Under the pieces are notes generated by a model. That model saw nothing but the letters and a program-made list of their open reading frames with translations. It ran no database searches and had not been told where the DNA came from. The position numbers and the translations under genes are program-made. DNA of 63,887 nucleotides, filler included, from Octopus bimaculoides (taxonomy: Eukaryota): assembly GCF_001194135.2 (NCBI RefSeq). It is 12 parts of 10 records of this genome, joined end to end, with 100 filler letters (N's around TTAATTAATTAA, not from the genome) between each part and the next. Parts side by side here need not be neighbours in the genome. Positions count along the whole stretch, not along the records: positions 21,319 to 23,184 come from NC_068982.1; positions 23,285 to 26,121 come from NW_026311818.1; positions 26,222 to 38,449 come from NC_068986.1; 9 more parts are not named here. One strand, written 5' to 3'. Below are positions 22,705 through 37,105 of this stretch, piece by piece (the first letter of the stretch is position 1; each line of letters opens with the position of its first letter).

Positions 22705-22764
<60 letters not shown>

Positions 22765-23109
22765 CATGTACATACACATACGCTTGTATACACATATCTG
22801 TGTACCTGCGTGCAATATGTATGTTTTGTAAAAACTCATTTATAAATATTGATATATTTGTGAGTTTGTATATGCATGTGTGTGTGTGTGGATATATGTA
22901 AAACACAAAAATAACAGTGATGGAAAATTTCTGATTACACAATATTTCTATCCAAAGAAATATTCAATAAGTTTGGAAAAACATCTGCCTTCCTATTACA
23001 AGTGAAGAAAAAAAAGTTAGAATAAACCAACAAATATCTCTATTAATGTATAAAATGATTATTTAACAAAAACATTAATTTCATATCTTCCCCTACATCT
23101 TCACAAACG

Positions 23110-23184
<75 letters not shown>
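21528..23184. repeat. Dense microsatellite field ((TTA)n, (GTAG)n, (GT)n, (TA)n, (CT)n); similar tracts occur throughout
   Basis: Directly visible perfect simple repeats. Confidence 0.95.
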
Positions 23185-24171
23185 NNNNNNNNNNNNNNNN
23201 NNNNNNNNNNNNNNNNNNNNNNNNNNNNTTAATTAATTAANNNNNNNNNNNNNNNNNNNNNNNNNNNNNNNNNNNNNNNNNNNNACACACACACACAAAC
23301 ATATAAAACACTTTTACACGTACATACAGTACAAATACCATTTCAGACATTCTTATACACACACACGCGTTCAGGCACAGAACACACGTATACACTAACG
23401 TGACTAAACGAACAGTCAGTAAATATACAAAGCTTTACTTATATTTACATCTTTTATTTTAAAGCAACAGCAGCAACAACAACGATGACGTAAATAACAA
23501 CAACAGAAACAAAAATAATATAAATTACAATGGTAGCATCATCACCAGCATCAACGATAGCAAAATAACAACAGCAACAAAGCCAAAACACAACTACTCC
23601 CACTTTTATGTCACCCCATCTATGTATAATAAAAATGTCTTGAAGCTTTTCTTTTTTTGAGAAGATCAAACAGAGAGAGACTCCACAAGTGGAAAGATGA
23701 AATATAAAACAAACAAAAAAAGAAACCGCTATATGATTATATAGTGTTATGATAATATGCATAGTTACTGTTGTTCAAGTTGTCGCCGTCGTCTTCCTCG
23801 TCTTCCTTCTTCTCCTTTCCCTCTCCCTCCTCCTTATCTTCCTCCTCCTCCTCCTCCTCCTCTTCATCAGCTTCATCACCATCGTCACTATTATTATCGT
23901 CATCGCCACCACTGCATTTGTTCAAGTTCTGTTTGTGTTTACTGACTTTACCTGAATATTGTATACTCCAGACGGAAATGAATAGAACTTCCTGTGCGTA
24001 GCAGTACAGAAGTCTGTATTAGTTGTGATTCTGGGTCGATCGGTTGAAATTTGGTTTGTAGCATGATATAATAAAACTCTAAATCACTAAAATTATATCG
24101 ACAGATTTGTAAATATATTTCTGGTCTACAATTTACAATGAGTACTTATGTCATTTAACATAAACAAGTTA

Positions 24172-24309
<138 letters not shown>

Positions 24310-24389
24310 TTATTTTTTATTGTAGTTACGAAGTCAGAAAATTGGGAGAGGAGATAATAGATTAGGGTTAGGACAAAGCCCTACGAGCT

Positions 24390-24830
24390 TTATTGTCATA
24401 TGCCAGACTTGTTTGGAGCCGTTTTGGCAGTAGTCTACCGCAACTGGCAGCAAAACGAGAGTATCCCCAGTTTTGTGCTAAAGAAAGATCCAAACAAAGG
24501 GAACATCATAGAGAACTTCAGGCCAATCACTCTGCTCAACGCTGATTTGAAGATTTTGGCCAAGGTGCTGACCGAGAGCTTGGCACTTGTCATCGAGAAA
24601 CTAGTCGACAAGGTGCAAACATACGCCGTGTCGGACAGGAGTATCCATGACAACCTTTATCTAATGCGCTACATCATAGACAGGGTAGCTAAGGAACCTG
24701 TCATGGGTGGGGCGCTGATAAATTTGGATCAAGTAAACGTTTTCGATAGGGTCTACCATCGTTACTTGGAAGCTGTCCTTAGGGCAGCTGGTTTCGGTCC
24801 CGTCTTCTACATTGTATTGTCCCCTCTGTG
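24390..24830 (+). mobile_element. Tx1/L1-clade LINE RT fragment
   Basis: NFRPITLLNADLKILAKVL...RSIHDNL...GALINLDQVNVFDRVYHRYL (LDQ.KAFDRV-like motif). Confidence 0.85.
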
Positions 24831-25301
24831 TTCGGACCTGTGTGGCTAATAAAGAAATATATCTGTCTATCTATCTGTCTGTCTGTCTATTTATTTATTT
24901 AGAGTTTCGGTCTACCAAATCCACTCAATGTTTTGCTCGGCCCGAGGCTATACGAGAAGATACTTGCCTAAGATGTCACACAGTGGGATTGAATTCAAAA
25001 CCATGTGATTGGAAAGCAGTCTTCTTCCCGATCAGTCACCCCTGCCTCTCTCCCTCCCTGTCTTTCTGTCTGCTCTCTCCCTCTCTTCCCCCCTCTCTTC
25101 CCCCCTTCTCTCTCTTCCCCCTCTCTCTCTATATATATGTATTTTGTATTTGTATGTTTTTTATGCGTATACGTATGCATATTAATGTTTATTAATGTAT
25201 ATTTTAATATATGGGTGTATTTATATTTCATCACAAACGCACACATAAAAGCATATATATATATATATATATGTGTGTGGGTGTGGGTGTGNNNNNNNNN
25301 N

Positions 25302-25336
<35 letters not shown>

Positions 25337-27329
25337 ATGTATATATATATATATATATGTATGTATATATATATGTAGGTTTATATGAGTATGGTTCTAT
25401 GTTATGTATGTATATAAATATTAATATTTATACACATCACTGAACTGGGTTAAAAACTTCACTCCAAAGAAGAAGAAACAAAAGTCTTGAATGAAAATGT
25501 TTGGTGGTTAATATTTTGAAGTCAATTATATATATAAAAAAAAGATGCAAAATTATCCAAAAAAGAAAAATAATAAAAATAGAAAATGCAAAAATATGCA
25601 AAAATAAAAAGGAGGAAAAGTTGTTTTTATGAGCAAAAAATTTAATTCCTCTTTTACTTTTTTTTTGCCAAAATTTCCCATATTCTTGTTGATTTTATCC
25701 CAGTTAAATTAAATGGTAAGCTTTGACAGGAATTCTTCAGTGAGAAGTTTGTCATTACCACTACAACTACTAATATATATTCTTTTGGCGTTTTTCCCTT
25801 CTTCCGTGTGATTAAACTTAAAAAAAAAAATGCCAAAATTAATGTAGAAAATAAAATATAGGTTAATGTAGTATATAATATAATATAATTAATATACAGA
25901 ATAAATAAAGAATTATGTAGCATAGAATAAACGAAGAATATTACACATAATGCAATAAAATATAAATATAATAAAAAATAATATAACAAATGAAATTATT
26001 CGAGGTATATTTTCGATTGAATGCTCCCAGAAGCAGCTTAAACTAAATTAACGGATATGTCTCTTAATAAGAAATTTACATTTTATTTTATTTTTTGAAA
26101 AAATAGTTTTCTAAAGGGAATNNNNNNNNNNNNNNNNNNNNNNNNNNNNNNNNNNNNNNNNNNNNTTAATTAATTAANNNNNNNNNNNNNNNNNNNNNNN
26201 NNNNNNNNNNNNNNNNNNNNNATATATATATATATATATGTATGTATATATGGATGGATGGATGTTTTATGTATCATATATATACCCTTTATACGTATGA
26301 TGCATATATATTTTTTACGTAATATAGATTTATAAAGTATATTTGTGTGTATTGGTTTGTTTGTGCGGTGTTTGTATGTGTGTGCCCGCGCATGTGCAAG
26401 TGTTTCGTGTTATACACGGTAAAATCTGCGCGCACATAGATAGATAGATAGATAGATATTATACATGTAGATTTAAGAGTCTTCACACTTAAGGGAGTAA
26501 TGCAGAGAAATGTCTATCTTGAAAACAGAATTATTAGTAACATATACATCTTGTAATATAGAAAATCCTATATACATCGAAGAAAACGTAGAAACCATTT
26601 CATGCTATTTTTTCAATTAAAAAATGCTTTCATACCATGATGTACCGTACTGCAAAATTTGAATATGATGTAATTTTTATTTTAAACTTTTGACAGTGTA
26701 GTTAAGTAGCGTTTTGTTGTATTTATAGTAGAAGCATAAGTTTTTATTGTCTGAAAGTGAAAGCGCAATGGAATATACCACTTTCAACCTGTTCACCGAT
26801 GTGAAAAAATTGTGGCTCTTGTATTGTTAGGTTACCTTTACACCGTTGTGATATAATGATTTTGGAGACCCAGGAGTTGTACGAGGGTAAGTTAAAAATG
26901 CGTCTAACTTCAGTTATTTGTCCTTCTGATCCTGGTATTTTTTTTTTTTTTTTTGTATTTCATTGTATTTTGGTTACTTATGTTTTGTAAATTTTGGTCG
27001 CTCTGAACTTTAGGAAATGTTCGTATTAAGAGACAATCTCAGTTCGGAATATGAAACGGATGGTAACGTCTATGAGATTCCTCAATGCGGACGGCGTTGA
27101 CTGTGCTGCGGTGTCATCCCGATCGTCAATGTCTTCTTTTCTTTCTACCTTGCCATGTAGAAATCCGTCAGAATCTTGTCATGAATGAGGGTTTGATATC
27201 CATGATCACTTTCATCAATTTCATCCATTCCTGAACAATATTTTCAGTTCTTTCCCAGTTGTCAGTATTTATAGGAATGCGCTAAAAGTCATTTGCCTGA
27301 AATCCTTCAATATCCAAAGCAGATTAAGT

Positions 27330-27680
27330 TTTATTCAGCAAACTTTTCAAGTTCTTTCTCAAAGTCGAAATATTCATTTCCTTCAACGTCTTTCACTGTT
27401 GAAAAGTGCAGAATTAATGTTGTAGACTGGTAGATTTTGAAATATCCTGTTCCCTCCTTTGTATATTCTCTATTACAATATGTGACCGCGTGTACATCGT
27501 TGGCGATGTTCTTTCTCTCTCTTCCCTTCTTTGGACTTTACCTATATTTCTGACGAAGAGCTCCGCTCGAAACATTAAATCCTCTTTCTTTTCGTTCTTT
27601 TCCTGAGCGTCCAATAACACTGTACTTATTCCACGTCCTCGCGTTGTTGTTTTTTATTTGTGTTTTTTCTTGCTTGTTCA
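27330..27680 (+). mobile_element. Penelope-type pseudo-LTR with hammerhead motif at 27546-27580
   Basis: ATTT-CTGACGA-A-GAGC(TCC)GCTC-GAAAC-ATT-AAAT: stems I and II perfect, stem III ACAT. Confidence 0.6.
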
Positions 27681-29699
27681 TGTTTGAATCGACTCTATTT
27701 TTGTACATCCCCCAACACCAGTACCAAGTTTCATTGGTCTAAGACGGTGTATTTTTCTTTGGATAGTGGTTATGGTGTAGGAAGTAGAAACTCGCATTGC
27801 ATGCAACAACCGCTCATTCTCAAAACATTTGCGCCGGCCATCACATACAAGTGCAGTTATTTGGTAAACTTCGACTGACGCCAGTGCTAGAAGACTTCAT
27901 CTTCTGACACCAGTCTTAGTTTTCGAACTCAATCGTATACAGTATCGTGAAGTCTCGAATTACTTCCTTGGCTGTGTTAGGATGACAAAATAGACGTTTG
28001 TCATCCTGATACATTTTATAACAAATTCCATAACAAGGTTTCAGCATTAGAGTAAAAAGCGATGTTGTCAAGAAGTGATACTACCTGCACATTCTAAAGT
28101 AACCTCTTAAGAAGGTCAGTTTAGAGGCATTACACATCAGAAACATTAGGAATAAAGTGGCTGAAGAATCAGTCAGAAAATAGTTCTGAAGTAAACCACA
28201 CATTATTTGAGCTGGTGTGTATTGCAGTTAACCGATTTGTATCTTTAAAAGAGTTTTCTACAAGACACTGAAGGGCCGTATTTAGTGCTATCAATATACT
28301 GTTGGAAATAGAAATGCTGTCATTTAGCCTTTGGCTTCTATTTCTTAGAAGCATTTTAATTTGTTTTGTCTTGTTTTTAATGCCATAAATTTCACAAACA
28401 CATGCTACAGTGATGCGCTGTTATAATTTATCAATTAACTCAGATTTCTATGCCACATTTAAGTTCACAGACTTTTTTGAAGTTTTCTGTCACTTGATGC
28501 CACATTAAATTGTAAGGATTGCAAATTTTTAGAAAAATAAAGTAATCATTGAGTAATCTTAGAAACACTCTGCATCCAGACTAATATTATACTCTAACGC
28601 AGACTGAGACGAGAAGTGTGTCTTTTCAACTGTTTCTAATGAAATGCAATACAGTTCCGTTTGCATACTTGCATACACAGACTCACGAACGCACACATGC
28701 ATACGCTGCGCGTCCTCTTTTTCTTCGACTTCTCTACTGAGAAGTTAAGAAACAAGACAGTAAAACAAGGAGGCCGTATGCAGTTATTCGACTTGCTAGA
28801 AATAGTAGCAGTATTTCATTCAAACCACGAGCTACCATCCTTGAATGGAGAAAGGTGAAGGTTACATTGATAATTTACTTCGAGATAAACCTAAAAGGAT
28901 TCTTTTCAATTTTGGCTCAAGGCCAGCAGTTCTGGCGCCGGGGTTAAGTCGATTACAACGAACCCAGTGTTCAAATTTTCCTTATATTACCGACAGACCT
29001 CGAAAGGATAAAAGGCATAGTCGACCCCAGAATAATTTGAACTCAGAAACTGAAGCTGGAAGAAATTCCGCTATATATTTTGTCTGGAGTGCTAATGATT
29101 CTGCCAAATCGCCACCTTCGGTACCCCTAAAATTATGGTTCTACATTTTGGCACAAGGCCAGTAATTTTGAGGGAAATGTAAATGGTACCTATTTTACCG
29201 ACTCCGAAAGAAACTTGATCTCAAAACGTAAGGACGAACAAAATTTCCCGAAACATTATGGCCGGCATGCTAATAGTTCTGCCAGTTCACAGATGTACGG
29301 TAGCCCTAAAATAATGGAATGTTTGTGACCAAAATTTACTTGATCATGGCTGTTGTCCTGGTGTTAAATAATGACATCAACACCAACAGCAACCTCGCTG
29401 CCTCTCTTCTTCCCGTATTTTTCAAGGCGATATTCGTTATTAACATTCCATTTATAATTTATCAAATTGTAAATGCTAACATTTTGAATGGCGGCCGGAA
29501 AGAGAACCTTATGACACCGTACTACGGACAACTTATCTTATACCGAGGTCTTCTTATTGAATTCTTTAGCCAAAAACGAAAAATAATAGCAATGAAAAAA
29601 ATAATTCATTAACAACACAAAACCTAATTCAAAAACAACAACAATACCTTTCCCTGTAAAAAACGCGGTGGTCCCCAATATCAGAGCACATTAATTTGA

Positions 29700-30060
29700 T
29701 TCACTCACACCGATGCATTAACAAATGACACCCGCTTTTAAACCATAACACTCCGATATTTTCAATATAATCGTACTTTAGGTTTCTACTTTGCCACTCT
29801 CGTTCTCTCCTCACATCTCTCTCTATCTCTCTCTCCTTCTCCCTTTTCTGCCCTAACTCTTCGAAACGCTTAGTTTTAGAATGGTGGCAGCTGATGAAGG
29901 AAATGTTCTCTATGTGGCCTGTGTGTTTTCTGTACACTGTTTATCATTTTGTCCACGTTCTTTTGCAACGTTTTGTACCCAGATATGCATCTATATATAC
30001 ATGTAGATGTAGGTATGTACATACATGTACGTATATATGCATATACTCATTTATTATTTA
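29700..30060 (+). repeat. Dispersed repeat; inverted copy at ~56600-56780, fragment at ~37850-37886
   Basis: GATGAAGGAAATGTTCTCTATGTGGCCTGTGTGTTTTCTGTAC...GTACCCAGATATGCATC matches the reverse complement near 56.7 kb. Confidence 0.75.
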
Positions 30061-30100
30061 TACCATATATATATAAATATATATATATATNNNNNNNNNN

Positions 30101-30206
<106 letters not shown>

Positions 30207-30955
30207 CACACACATTTATTTTCATTTGTGATACATACCTAGTTGGTTCAGTCCCTGCATCAACGATCATTCGAAACATGGCTTGTTTAACCTGCAGATA
30301 CATACACAGAAATAAATACATACACATGTGGGTGTCTACATATGCTTAAATCACACGCGTAGATGTACATCTACATAACAGCGGATCCATATACACGCCG
30401 TCAGTATTCATATACACAAAGGCGGCAAGATGGTAAAATCGTTAGCACGCCTGGACAAGTGCTTAGCGGCATTTCGCTCGTTTTCACATCTGAGATGAAA
30501 TTCCGAGATCGACTTTACTTTTCTTCCTTTCGAGGTCGATAAATTAATTACCAGGTGAGCACTGGGTTGATCTACTCGACTTACATCTTGCTCCAAAATT
30601 GCTGGCCTTGAGTCAAAATTTAAAATTAATATTCACACACACGAACATACATCTACTAAAAAGCATAAAACACACGCAGACATACACACGATAAATTCAT
30701 ACAAAAACATACGCCTAAAACACACAAAGGCACGCATTCACGCGTCTCTATATTTGTTCAAATCACACGTGAGCGCGCGCTAACATATGCATACAATCAA
30801 TATCATCTCCCTCCGTAAGCTCTTTGACATTAATCTATTTTCTTCTCTTTACTTCCACTTCAAACAAAACGCACGTGTAATTTCTTTTTGTTTATTTTTT
30901 TATTCTTTTGTCCCCGATGAATACAAGTCCGCTCTGAACCTTAAATACTCTTCGG

Positions 30956-31008
<53 letters not shown>

Positions 31009-31017
31009 GTAAAAATA

Positions 31018-31152
31018 TGTGACACTTATTCAGTAGCCATGAGAAAACTCCGAGTTTCGGATGTCAGGGTGGGGGGTCCACTCCAACATCTCTTCAGTTA
31101 TCCAGCCACTGGAAATTCCTTTGAAAATGGGTCATTTTTCAATGACCCATTT
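31018..31152 (-). ncRNA. Hammerhead motif (31102->31041) in a repeat, preceded by a perfect 12-bp hairpin
   Basis: GATAA-CTGAAGA-GATGTTG...TGACATC-C-GAAA-CTC-G-GAGT-T-TTCTC; hairpin AAATGGGTCATT/AATGACCCATTT at 31125-31152. Confidence 0.55.
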
Positions 31153-31805
31153 GCTTCTGTTGTATCGCTTTTTGTTTGAGTTCAACTACATAGGCAATCA
31201 TTTGCACGAGTTGTTAGAGAGGTAGATATTTTGCTTTCTAGTTGTTACCATTCCGACTCTCTGAATTTTGGGTTCAAACACAACCAAGGTCAACTTTACT
31301 CTTTTTGGAGTCGATGTTTCCCTTTCGTTCATTGCTTTTGGTTATCTAGCTTTTATTTATCTGGGAGAGATCAGCTATCATCAGACATAAAGTTGAAAGG
31401 GCCCCGACAAGCTGGAAGTGCCGGAGACCTACCGTAAGTCTTCACAGTGCCCCACTACTTCATAAAATATTGAAGGCCCACGGTAAAGCAAGACGATAGT
31501 GATTCGGTGAGCATGTCACCAAATGTTAGCATAGCACTAATAGTGAGTGGATTTGATAGACAGAAATTGAAAGTAAAATGTCGTGCACATGTGTGTGTGT
31601 TTTGTATGTGCTTGTTCCTCCCATTGCCGCCTGACAACCGGTGTTGGCGTGTTTACGTGCTGGTAACTTAGCGGTTTGGCGATAGAGACCGATAGAATAA
31701 GTATTAGGCTTAAGAAATAGCTCCTGGTGTTGATTTGTTCGATTCAAACTCTTGAAGGTGGTGCTCCAGCATGACCGCAGTTAAATGACTGAAACAAATA
31801 AAAGA

Positions 31806-31857
<52 letters not shown>

Positions 31858-32553
31858 AAAGAGAGAGCGTGAGAGACAGACAGAGAAAGAGAGGGAGAGC
31901 AAATAATCTGAATTTTGCGTTCCTTTAAGAGTCATTCAACAAGAGACCGTTTAAGCAGCTCAGGATTATGAGAAACTGCATATTAAGAAATTCAATGACG
32001 AGGGTGCAATATCTACAAAGATCAGGATCAAGTTGGATTTGATTTTAATAGTCATTAAGATGCAGAAACCGGGATTATTTTTCTCAAACAATTTCATACG
32101 ATTGAAGGTTTTATTCAGAATTAAATTCAGCTTGATGAGATAAGCAGTCTATTCCAACCATTAATTAGTGTCAAGGGCCGATTTTATTGGTCAGTTTAAT
32201 TCCTCACCCTAAATTTCAGGCCTTTTGTCTCTGTTAGGAACAATTATTATAGGAAACGGGAATCGTCAGAGTGTTGGATGAAATGCCTTATTGTATTTGT
32301 TCTGGTTCTTTACTTTCTGAGTTCAAATGTCACAGAGGCCGAATTTGCCTATCACCCATTCGAGGAAAATAAAATGAGAAAAAACTGAAGTATTCATCTC
32401 GATGGAATCGATTAATCTTTCCTCCCAAATTTCAGGTATTGTTTTAATGTTAGAGAGGGATAGAAATAGAGACATAAACATAGATAGATAGATAGAGAGA
32501 GACAGAGAGAGACAGAGAGAGACAGAGAGAAAGAGAGAGATTCATATATACGT

Positions 32554-32667
<114 letters not shown>

Positions 32668-32990
32668 TGGAGGCGCAATGGCCCATTGGTTAGGGCAGCG
32701 GACTCGCGGTCGTAGGATCGTGGATTCGATTCCCAGACCGTGCGTTGTGAGTGTTTATTGAGGCTCTGATGGGAGTGGTGGCGAACCTTGGTGTACTCTT
32801 TGACCACAACTTTCTCTCACTCTTTCTTTTTATTTCTGTTCTACCTGTATTTCAAAGAGCCAATTTTGTCGCACTCTCTGTCACGCTGAATCTCCCCGAG
32901 AACTACGTTAAGAGTACACGTGTCTGTGGAGGTTGTTCCGCTGATCGGATCAACTGGAACCCACGTCGTTGTAACCGACGGAGTGCCACG

Positions 32991-33046
<56 letters not shown>

Positions 33047-33056
33047 NNNNNNNNNN

Positions 33057-33094
<38 letters not shown>

Positions 33095-36000
33095 TGTGTG
33101 TGTGTGTGTGTATTATATAATACACATACACGCACACATATATGTAGATATCTTTTACATACATTCATACTTGCATACACACATGTATATATTCGTGCGT
33201 AGGCGTATGTTTGTTACTGAAATTATTCTCTATTATCTTTTTTCTTAAGATTATACAAGTGTTTAGTACAAATAAACAGCCATATTTGTTCACGCTCCCA
33301 CGTTAATAATCAAACGTCTTATTTCTCTCCCCCATCTCTCTCTCTCTCTCTCTCTCTCTTTTTCCCTCACTAGTCTAACCAGGCCTTTAATTTTTTGTTC
33401 TTCTCTCTTTGTATGTTACTTTTACTTCTTCTTTCTAACACCTGTTACATTGAATATCAGTATCACAGAGAAAGTTCCACTTAACAAAAGGTAAACCGTT
33501 AATTGATATCCGTGAAATCAAATAGGAAACATAGCAAACAAACAAGTTGGCAAGCGCACAAAGATCATCAGATAATGAATCAAGCAAATGAACAGAATAA
33601 ATATTGATTTGTTACATAAGCACAAACTTAGTTTTTCTTGTTGTTTTTCCTTCTTATTTTTTTTGCAGGCAATGTGGTGTATACAGACAATTGAATTGCC
33701 TTTTAGTATGTTTATATATCTAATGCCTAGTTTATTGACTTTTTAAGAAATGAAAGGTGAAATTTGACCACCAGCATGATTTGAAATCAGACAGTTAAGA
33801 AACTGGATCTTTTTCCTGTCTGCCATATCGTCGCCTAATATAATCAAATTTTGATGTATTTCGATTAGGCACAGAGCCAATTTTTCTTTTTTTTTTTTAT
33901 AGCGAAATATATAGTAAGAGTCAGTCGATTATATTTATATGTTACTCGTTCTAAATTTATTCAAAGGAATAAAATATATACCAGAAATAAAATGAAAGCC
34001 ACTATATTAAGTAGTATGAAAGAGAAAATTTTATCAACGAGTCAGTATATAGACGTTCAACGTTTATAATAACACACAATGGATTCTTTGGTCTCTGGAT
34101 TTCCTCTTAGCATTTTTTAAAAAAAGTTATCGCTTTGATGCTATGAAAGACAAACTGATAACAGTTGGGTTTTCAATTTTGGATTTTGCAGGCAGTGTAT
34201 TGGCATAGCGTCGATAGAACATCGGATAGAATACCGTGCCTTGAGATATTTGGTCCGGTTAACTGCGCTCTGCGTTCTCACAAAGTTTCAGCCCAGCACA
34301 CAGATTAATTTATTCGCTCCCTTTATTCTTTTCTTTTTCTCTTTCTCTATTTTCTTCTCTATAAACCTGCTACTTAGCACAGCGGGAAAGCTAGACCATT
34401 CGCAAAGCGCCTTTCTCCAGAATACAAGATAATCAAAAAAGTTACAAAGACATAATAAATGGCCACCTAGTCAGACATGCCTGAGAATCTACCACATATT
34501 ACCAATAGGGCATCCCCACGAATTCTACCAAATTCCACTGTAATCGCCCTTTGCAAGCTTGATTATCTCAAATTGTAAGCAATCTCTCCTGCTTTAGCCG
34601 AGCTGTGAAGAGTGCCACATTTCTGGGGACTACTTTTTCTCTAGAAAAACTAGATAGACGTTTGGTGTGATTTTTAACTAACAATCTATCATATTTGTAA
34701 CGTTGATTTTGTTTTAATGAAATATATCATACTTGTAGCGGTGATTTTGTTTCTATGGAATTTATATAGGACAAATAAATCCCCTTTATATTATATTCAT
34801 AGGGAAAATTAAAGTAACAACTTGAAGCAGACACATATTTGTCAGTTTTTTTTTAGAAACTCCGCGTTTGCTGCAGTCGTCACCTAAACTTATTTCATGT
34901 CAAATCAACAAGGGGGATACTAAACAGACGCTGAACATGTAGTAATCTGTAAAGAACTGAGATGGATTCTTATAGAACTGACAGAACGTATTTTTCTAAG
35001 GTTTTGCTTGCGTAGGTTAACTTTATTTATAAGCTGTTGAATGCATACATATTTTGCATTAAATCAAAAATTTTCCTTTATTGCTGCAAACTCAGATCGT
35101 TCAACTTGTCATGAATGTCAGTTAAAATCACATGTGGACGAATAAATTCACATAAAGTCCCACAATTTATTTGTTGGTAGTAATGAGTTATAAATAAAAC
35201 TTGAGCTAGTGCCGCGCAAAGCTGGAAAAAAGGGTTTTAGATAAAAGTGTTTCACAGCCAAAGAATACCATTTGGGAGAAGTTATTTTCCAAATGTTCGC
35301 TATCATTTTGTCATAATTGAACGTAGCACTCCGTCGGTTTACGACGATGAGGGTTCCAGTTGATCCGATCAACGGAACAGCCTGCTCGTGAAATTAACGT
35401 GCAAGTGGCTGAGCACTCCACAGACACGTGTACCCTTAACGTAGTTCTCGAGAAGATTCAGTGTAACACAGAGTGTGACAAGGCTGGCCCTTTGAAATAC
35501 AGGTACAACAGAAACAGGAAGAAAGAGTGAGAGAAAGTTATGGTGAAAGAATACAGCAAAGTTCACCACCAGCCCGTTGCCAGAACCTCGTGGAGCTTTA
35601 GGTGTTTTCGCTCAATAAACACTCACAACGCCCGGTCTGGAAATTGAAGCCGTGATCCTACAACCGCGAATCCGCTTCACTAAGTCGTACAGAAAGGATA
35701 CATAGTTCGCAGACGGTCTGAAAACTGAATAATATATCCACATTGCAAGTGCGGTATTTGATAACATCAAGGACGCACGGACATAATAAACACCACAATT
35801 TCAGCAACGGATATTCAAGAAAGAGAGCGTATGAGGGGCATAATTAGGTTATGAGAGGCGAAAATGCGTTTATAGTTTCTAGGGTTGTTATTTTGTTTCT
35901 TGTTTTTAGACATTTGTCTAAAAAATAAGCGCGTCTCATATGCCATCAAATACGACGCTTAATATATTCTTCTAAGTTGTTTTCTTATTGCATTAGAACA

Positions 36001-36189
36001 ACTTCAACCATTTTCACAATTGCTCTCTTTCCTCGATAGTTTAAAGGTAAAATCAAAATTAACTTAATACATGATATTAATTTTCATATGAAATTTTTAA
36101 AGAATTATATATTATATATATAATTATATATATATTTATTAATATTTCTAAGTCTCTCTAAAGGAGCCTACGGCAGCGGTACTGGAAAT

Positions 36190-36410
36190 TAATAGTTATC
36201 GCCAAGCCAACATGGCAGTCCCAAAATTAGGACGAAAGCTGCCGTGAATTAGCTCCAAGAAGCCATCGCCTCTAGCTAGCTTGGCTGCTCTGCACTGACA
36301 AGGGGCAACACCCTGAAACTAGTCTGCAGATGCCAAACCAGAAAGGGGGAGCTGCTGACCTCCCCTGTTCGAAGGTTATAAAGGACACAGGTTTCGTGTG
36401 TCACATAGCT
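36190..36410. mobile_element. Structured repeat leader related to 62411-62785, partly inverted
   Basis: AGCTCCAAGAAGCCATCGCCTCTAGCTAGCT resembles AGCCCCAGGAGGACATCTCCTCCAGCTGGCT; the expected GACAC..GTGTC hairpin lies on the opposite strand. Confidence 0.45.
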
Positions 36411-37074
36411 NNNNNNNNNNNNNNNNNNNNNNNNNNNNNNNNNNNNNNNNNNNNNNNNNNNNNNNNNNNNNNNNNNNNNNNNNNNNNNNNNNNNNNNNNN
36501 NNNNNNNNNNNNNNNNNNNNNNNNNNNNNNNNNNNNNNNNNNNNNNNNNNNNNNNNNNNNNNNNNNNNNNNNNNNNNNNNNNNNNNNNNNNNNNNNNNNN
36601 NNNNNNNNNNNNNNNNNNNNNNNNNNNNNNNNNNNNNNNNNNNNNNNNNNNNNNNNNNNNNNNNNNNNNNNNNNNNNNNNNNNNNNNNNNNNNNNNNNNN
36701 NNNNNNNNNNNNNNNNNNNNNNNNNNNNNNNNNNNNNNNNNNNNNNNNNNNNNNNNNNNNNNNNNNNNNNNNNNNNNNNNNNNNNNNNNNNNNNNNNNNN
36801 NNNNNNNNNNNNNNNNNNNNNNNNNNNNNNNNNNNNNNNNNNNNNNNNNNNNNNNNNNNNNNNNNNNNNNNNNNNNNNNNNNNNNNNNNNNNNNNNNNNN
36901 NNNNNNNNNNNNNNNNNNNNNNNNNNNNNNNNNNNNNNNNNNNNNNNNNNNNNNNNNNNNNNNNNNNNNNNNNNNNNNNNNNNNNNNNNNNNNNNNNNNN
37001 NNNNNNNNNNNNNNNNNNNNNNNNNNNNNNNNNNNNNNNNNNNNNNNNNNNNNNNNNNNNNNNNNNNNNNNNNN

Positions 37075-37105
<31 letters not shown>

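Noticed and set aside
26880-27330. Possible Tigger/mariner-type transposase C-terminal remnant
   Set aside because: Too degenerate to support by eye; no catalytic motif recovered.
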